Positions 61,266 through 64,000 of a stretch of DNA of 64,000 bases are shown here, piece by piece. Numbering within the stretch: position 1 is the stretch's first letter; the number at the start of each line of letters is the position of its first letter. The stretch is taken from positions 248,001-312,000 of the forward strand of contig NW_027590293.1 in assembly GCF_964213995.1 (NCBI RefSeq). The letters are read 5' to 3'. Made by a program: the position numbers and the translations under genes. Source of the stretch: Mustelus asterias (taxonomy: Eukaryota). The notes beneath the pieces are model-generated. The model made no database searches. It saw only the letters and a program-made list of their open reading frames with translations, and was not told the DNA's origin.

Positions 61266-61570
61266 GCAAGGCAGGCAGCAGCTCACCTCCCTCCTTCCTC
61301 CCCGCAGGGAGCGAAAAACAAACAAACCCAACAAAACAAAAACAAAAACCGGGCGTCTCCGTGAGCAAAAACGAGAGAAAAAAAATAAAATAAAGGTACT
61401 CACAAAAAAAGAAAAGAAAACAAACCCACAGTTTCCGCCCGGCTCCGACCCGGGGCCCCCCGCTACTCGGGCGAACGTGAACTCACCCCACCCCGGAAAC
61501 AAAGTGCAGGCGCTGCCCCAGAGGAGGGACGTTTCAGGCCGCCTGAAGCTCAATCTTCATTCAGAGAGAG

Positions 61571-64000
61571 ACCTCTTTTTAGGTCAAACCAAGTAAACAA
61601 ACTCAAATTAAATCAGGACAAAGTAAAAGGGGCAGCTCCCCAAAAAGGAGGGGGAACAGCCCGAACAGAAATCAAAATGCAAAGGAAACTTAAAAAAAAC
61701 ATCAAATTAAAATGTGGTTATTAGGGTCAATAATGCACCCCAACCCCTGCGGTGCCCAGCGGGCGCGGAAAGCGTCAGCCTCGCCCGTGGACACCGCATG
61801 CTCCCTCTCCAGGGACACCTGGCCGCGAACGTAGCCGCGGTAGAGGGGAAGACAGTCAGGATGGACGGCCCCCTCGATCGCCCGCTGCCTGGACCGGTAA
61901 ATGGCGCGTTTTGCCAGGCCCAGGAGCAGGTTCACGAGGAGGTCGCCATCCCGACCCTCCCCTCTCCGCACCGGGTGTCCGTAGATCAGGAGCGTGGGAC
62001 TGAAGTGCAAACAAAACATCAATAAAAGGTTCTTCAGGAAAACATAAAGGGAGTGCAGCCTAAGACACTCAACATAGACATGGTCCACGGACTCCACAAG
62101 GCCACAGAAAGGGCAGTCTTCGGAGCCCGTGAACCAGTGAATCCTACGGTTGTGCGGAACTGCTGCATGCATCACCCTCCACCCCAGGTCCCCGACGTAA
62201 TTGGGGGAGATCCCTCCGTAGAGGGACCTCCAGCGGGGACCTCCGCCGCCCGGCGGCAACAAGGCCCGCCAAGGTGTATCCGGGCGACAGGCGAGGAGGC
62301 GGTAGTGGAAGGTGTGCAGCAGCAGCCCGCACAGGAAACGCCTCCGCGCGGTAGAAAAAGGCACGGAGGGCATTTCCGCGAGGCGGCTCAGGCTGTGGGG
62401 CACCTCACCCAGGGGAGGGGGCTGAGGCTTTGGGCCAATGTGGAATTCCGCCCGAACAGGGGAACGCTCGGGCGGGATCCCACCGCACGCCTGCGCCGTC
62501 TCAAGTTTGCGTGCAGTTTCGGGGCCGAGCACGACCGTCCTAAGGTCTAGGATGGCTTTGGCCGCGCGCCGGACGGACGTCCCCGCGCGCTCAGCCAGCA
62601 CGCGGGGACTCATCCAGCCCGCTCCTCCGCCATCGAGCACGTCCCCGATTCTGGTCACCCCGGCGTCCACAGCCCCCCTCTCCGCCAGCCACCTGAAGTT
62701 ATACGGCTGGAGGAGCGGATTCCTGAGCAGCGGCTCTCGCACGAGAGCCGCTACTCCTGACGGGGGAGAGCTGCGTCGCGAGGCGACCTTGTTCCAGACA
62801 GTGAGGAGGTCCTGGTAAAAGACGGGCAACTCCTGCAGGGTGGTCGAAGCACGCCCCAGTTCGATATGCAGGAGCTGCACGTCATAATTGAGGCCGTGCC
62901 ACTGGCGGAAGAAATACGTCGCCATGGCACACCACTGTGGAGGGGGCTCAACGTAAAGGTACCTCTGCAGGGCCTGGAGGCGGAAGGTCGCTATCTGAGT
63001 GCGGAGGCACACCAGACCTTGTCCGCCCTCCTCAAGCGGGAGATACAGGACCGCAGCAGGGACCCAGTGCAGTCGATTGTCTCAGAAGAACCGCACGAGG
63101 GTTCTCTGGATATCGGTGACAAAGCCAGGGGGAGGGGTCAAAGGGACCAGCCGGTACCACAGCATGGAGGCGACCAGCTGGTTTATGACGCGAGCTCGCG
63201 CCCCGTAGGACAGCACTCGGAGCAGTCCTGTCCAGCGACTCAGGCGGGCGGAGACTTTGGCCTCCAGCTCCCGCCAGTTGGCCGGCCAGGATTCCTCGGC
63301 TGGGCAGAGATGGGCCCCCAAGTAGAGGAGGTCGGTCCTGCTCCAGGTGAAAGGCCTGAGCTCCTCCGGGAGGGGGTCCGTCTCCCAAGGACCGACAAGG
63401 AGTCCGGAGCACTTGGCCCAGTTGATCCTGGCGGAGGACGCGGCGGAGTACACCGCCTGGCATTCTCGCATCCTCCGCAGGTCAGCCGGGTCCGTGAACA
63501 TGAGGAGCACGTCGTCGGCGTAAGCTGACAGGACCACCCCTACGTCCGGTCCGCGCAGGACCAAACCTGACAACCTCCTCCGCAAGAGGCGCAGGAATGG
63601 CTCCACGCATACGGAATACAGTTGGCCGGACAAGGGGCAGCCCTGCCGTACTCCTCTCCCGAAGCGAAGGGGCGCCGTCAGGGACCCGTTAACCTTAATC
63701 AGACACTCTGCGGCAGAGTACAGTAATCGGATCCGGGCGACAAAATGCGTCCCGAACCCGAATGCCCGCAGAGTCCCGAGTAAATACTCGTGCTCCACCC
63801 TGTCAAACGCCTTCTCCTGATCTAATGACAAGAAGGCGCCCGACAGACCAGCCCTCTGGGTGTGATGGATTAGGTCCCGGACCAGGTGGAGATTGTCATG
63901 TATGCAACGGCCCGGGACCGTGTAGGACTGGTCAGGGTGGATCAAGTGGTCCAGCACGGATCCAAGGCGTGAAGCCATAGCCCTGGCAAAGATTTTATAA
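61571..64000 (-). mobile_element. Tx1 copy 2 (3' part; runs beyond the window), ORF2 broken by a nonsense codon
   Basis: Near-identical to 53919-56345. TGG>TGA at 63082-63084 splits ORF2 into the 63082-63978 and 61702-63012 ORFs. Confidence 0.93.

Larger units (their letters stand above)
53919..61542 (-). mobile_element. Full-length Tx1-clade (L1 group) non-LTR retrotransposon, copy 1 (~7.6 kb)
   Basis: Two intact ORFs, GC/CpG-rich. Flanked by the 24-bp direct repeat ctgaagctcaatcttcattcagag at 53895-53918 and 61543-61566. Confidence 0.93.

Noticed and set aside
57969-61553. 1194-aa ORF as a single giant ORF1
   Set aside because: It starts at a TTG inside the target duplication, and its N-terminal ~495 aa are translations of the UTR and the 28-bp repeat. 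Tx1 ORF1 homology begins at the ATG at 60068.

Overview
Vertebrate genomic DNA, most likely a shark or other chondrichthyan: it carries HE1/V-SINE-like tRNA SINEs, abundant CR1 LINEs and Penelope remnants. The window is a rapidly evolving cluster of tandem C2H2 zinc-finger (ZNF) genes with no recognisable KRAB domain. About 9 long finger ORFs and 2-3 remnants are built from one repeated gene unit: CpG/CCAAT promoter, short exon 1, conserved intron, and a large finger exon with a decayed leader. The cluster has been reshuffled by direct and inverted duplications. The most striking structure is at 53.9-64 kb, where an intact full-length Tx1-clade non-LTR retrotransposon (ORF1 plus APE-RT ORF2) lies head-to-tail with a second near-identical copy. 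Both are inserted at the same 24-bp sequence, which spans the putative start codon of exon 1 of a ZNF gene. An empty copy of that target lies upstream of another ZNF gene at ~42.02 kb in the same relative orientation. This suggests a sequence-specific retrotransposon that targets ZNF gene first exons. All calls were made by eye and repeat boundaries are approximate.
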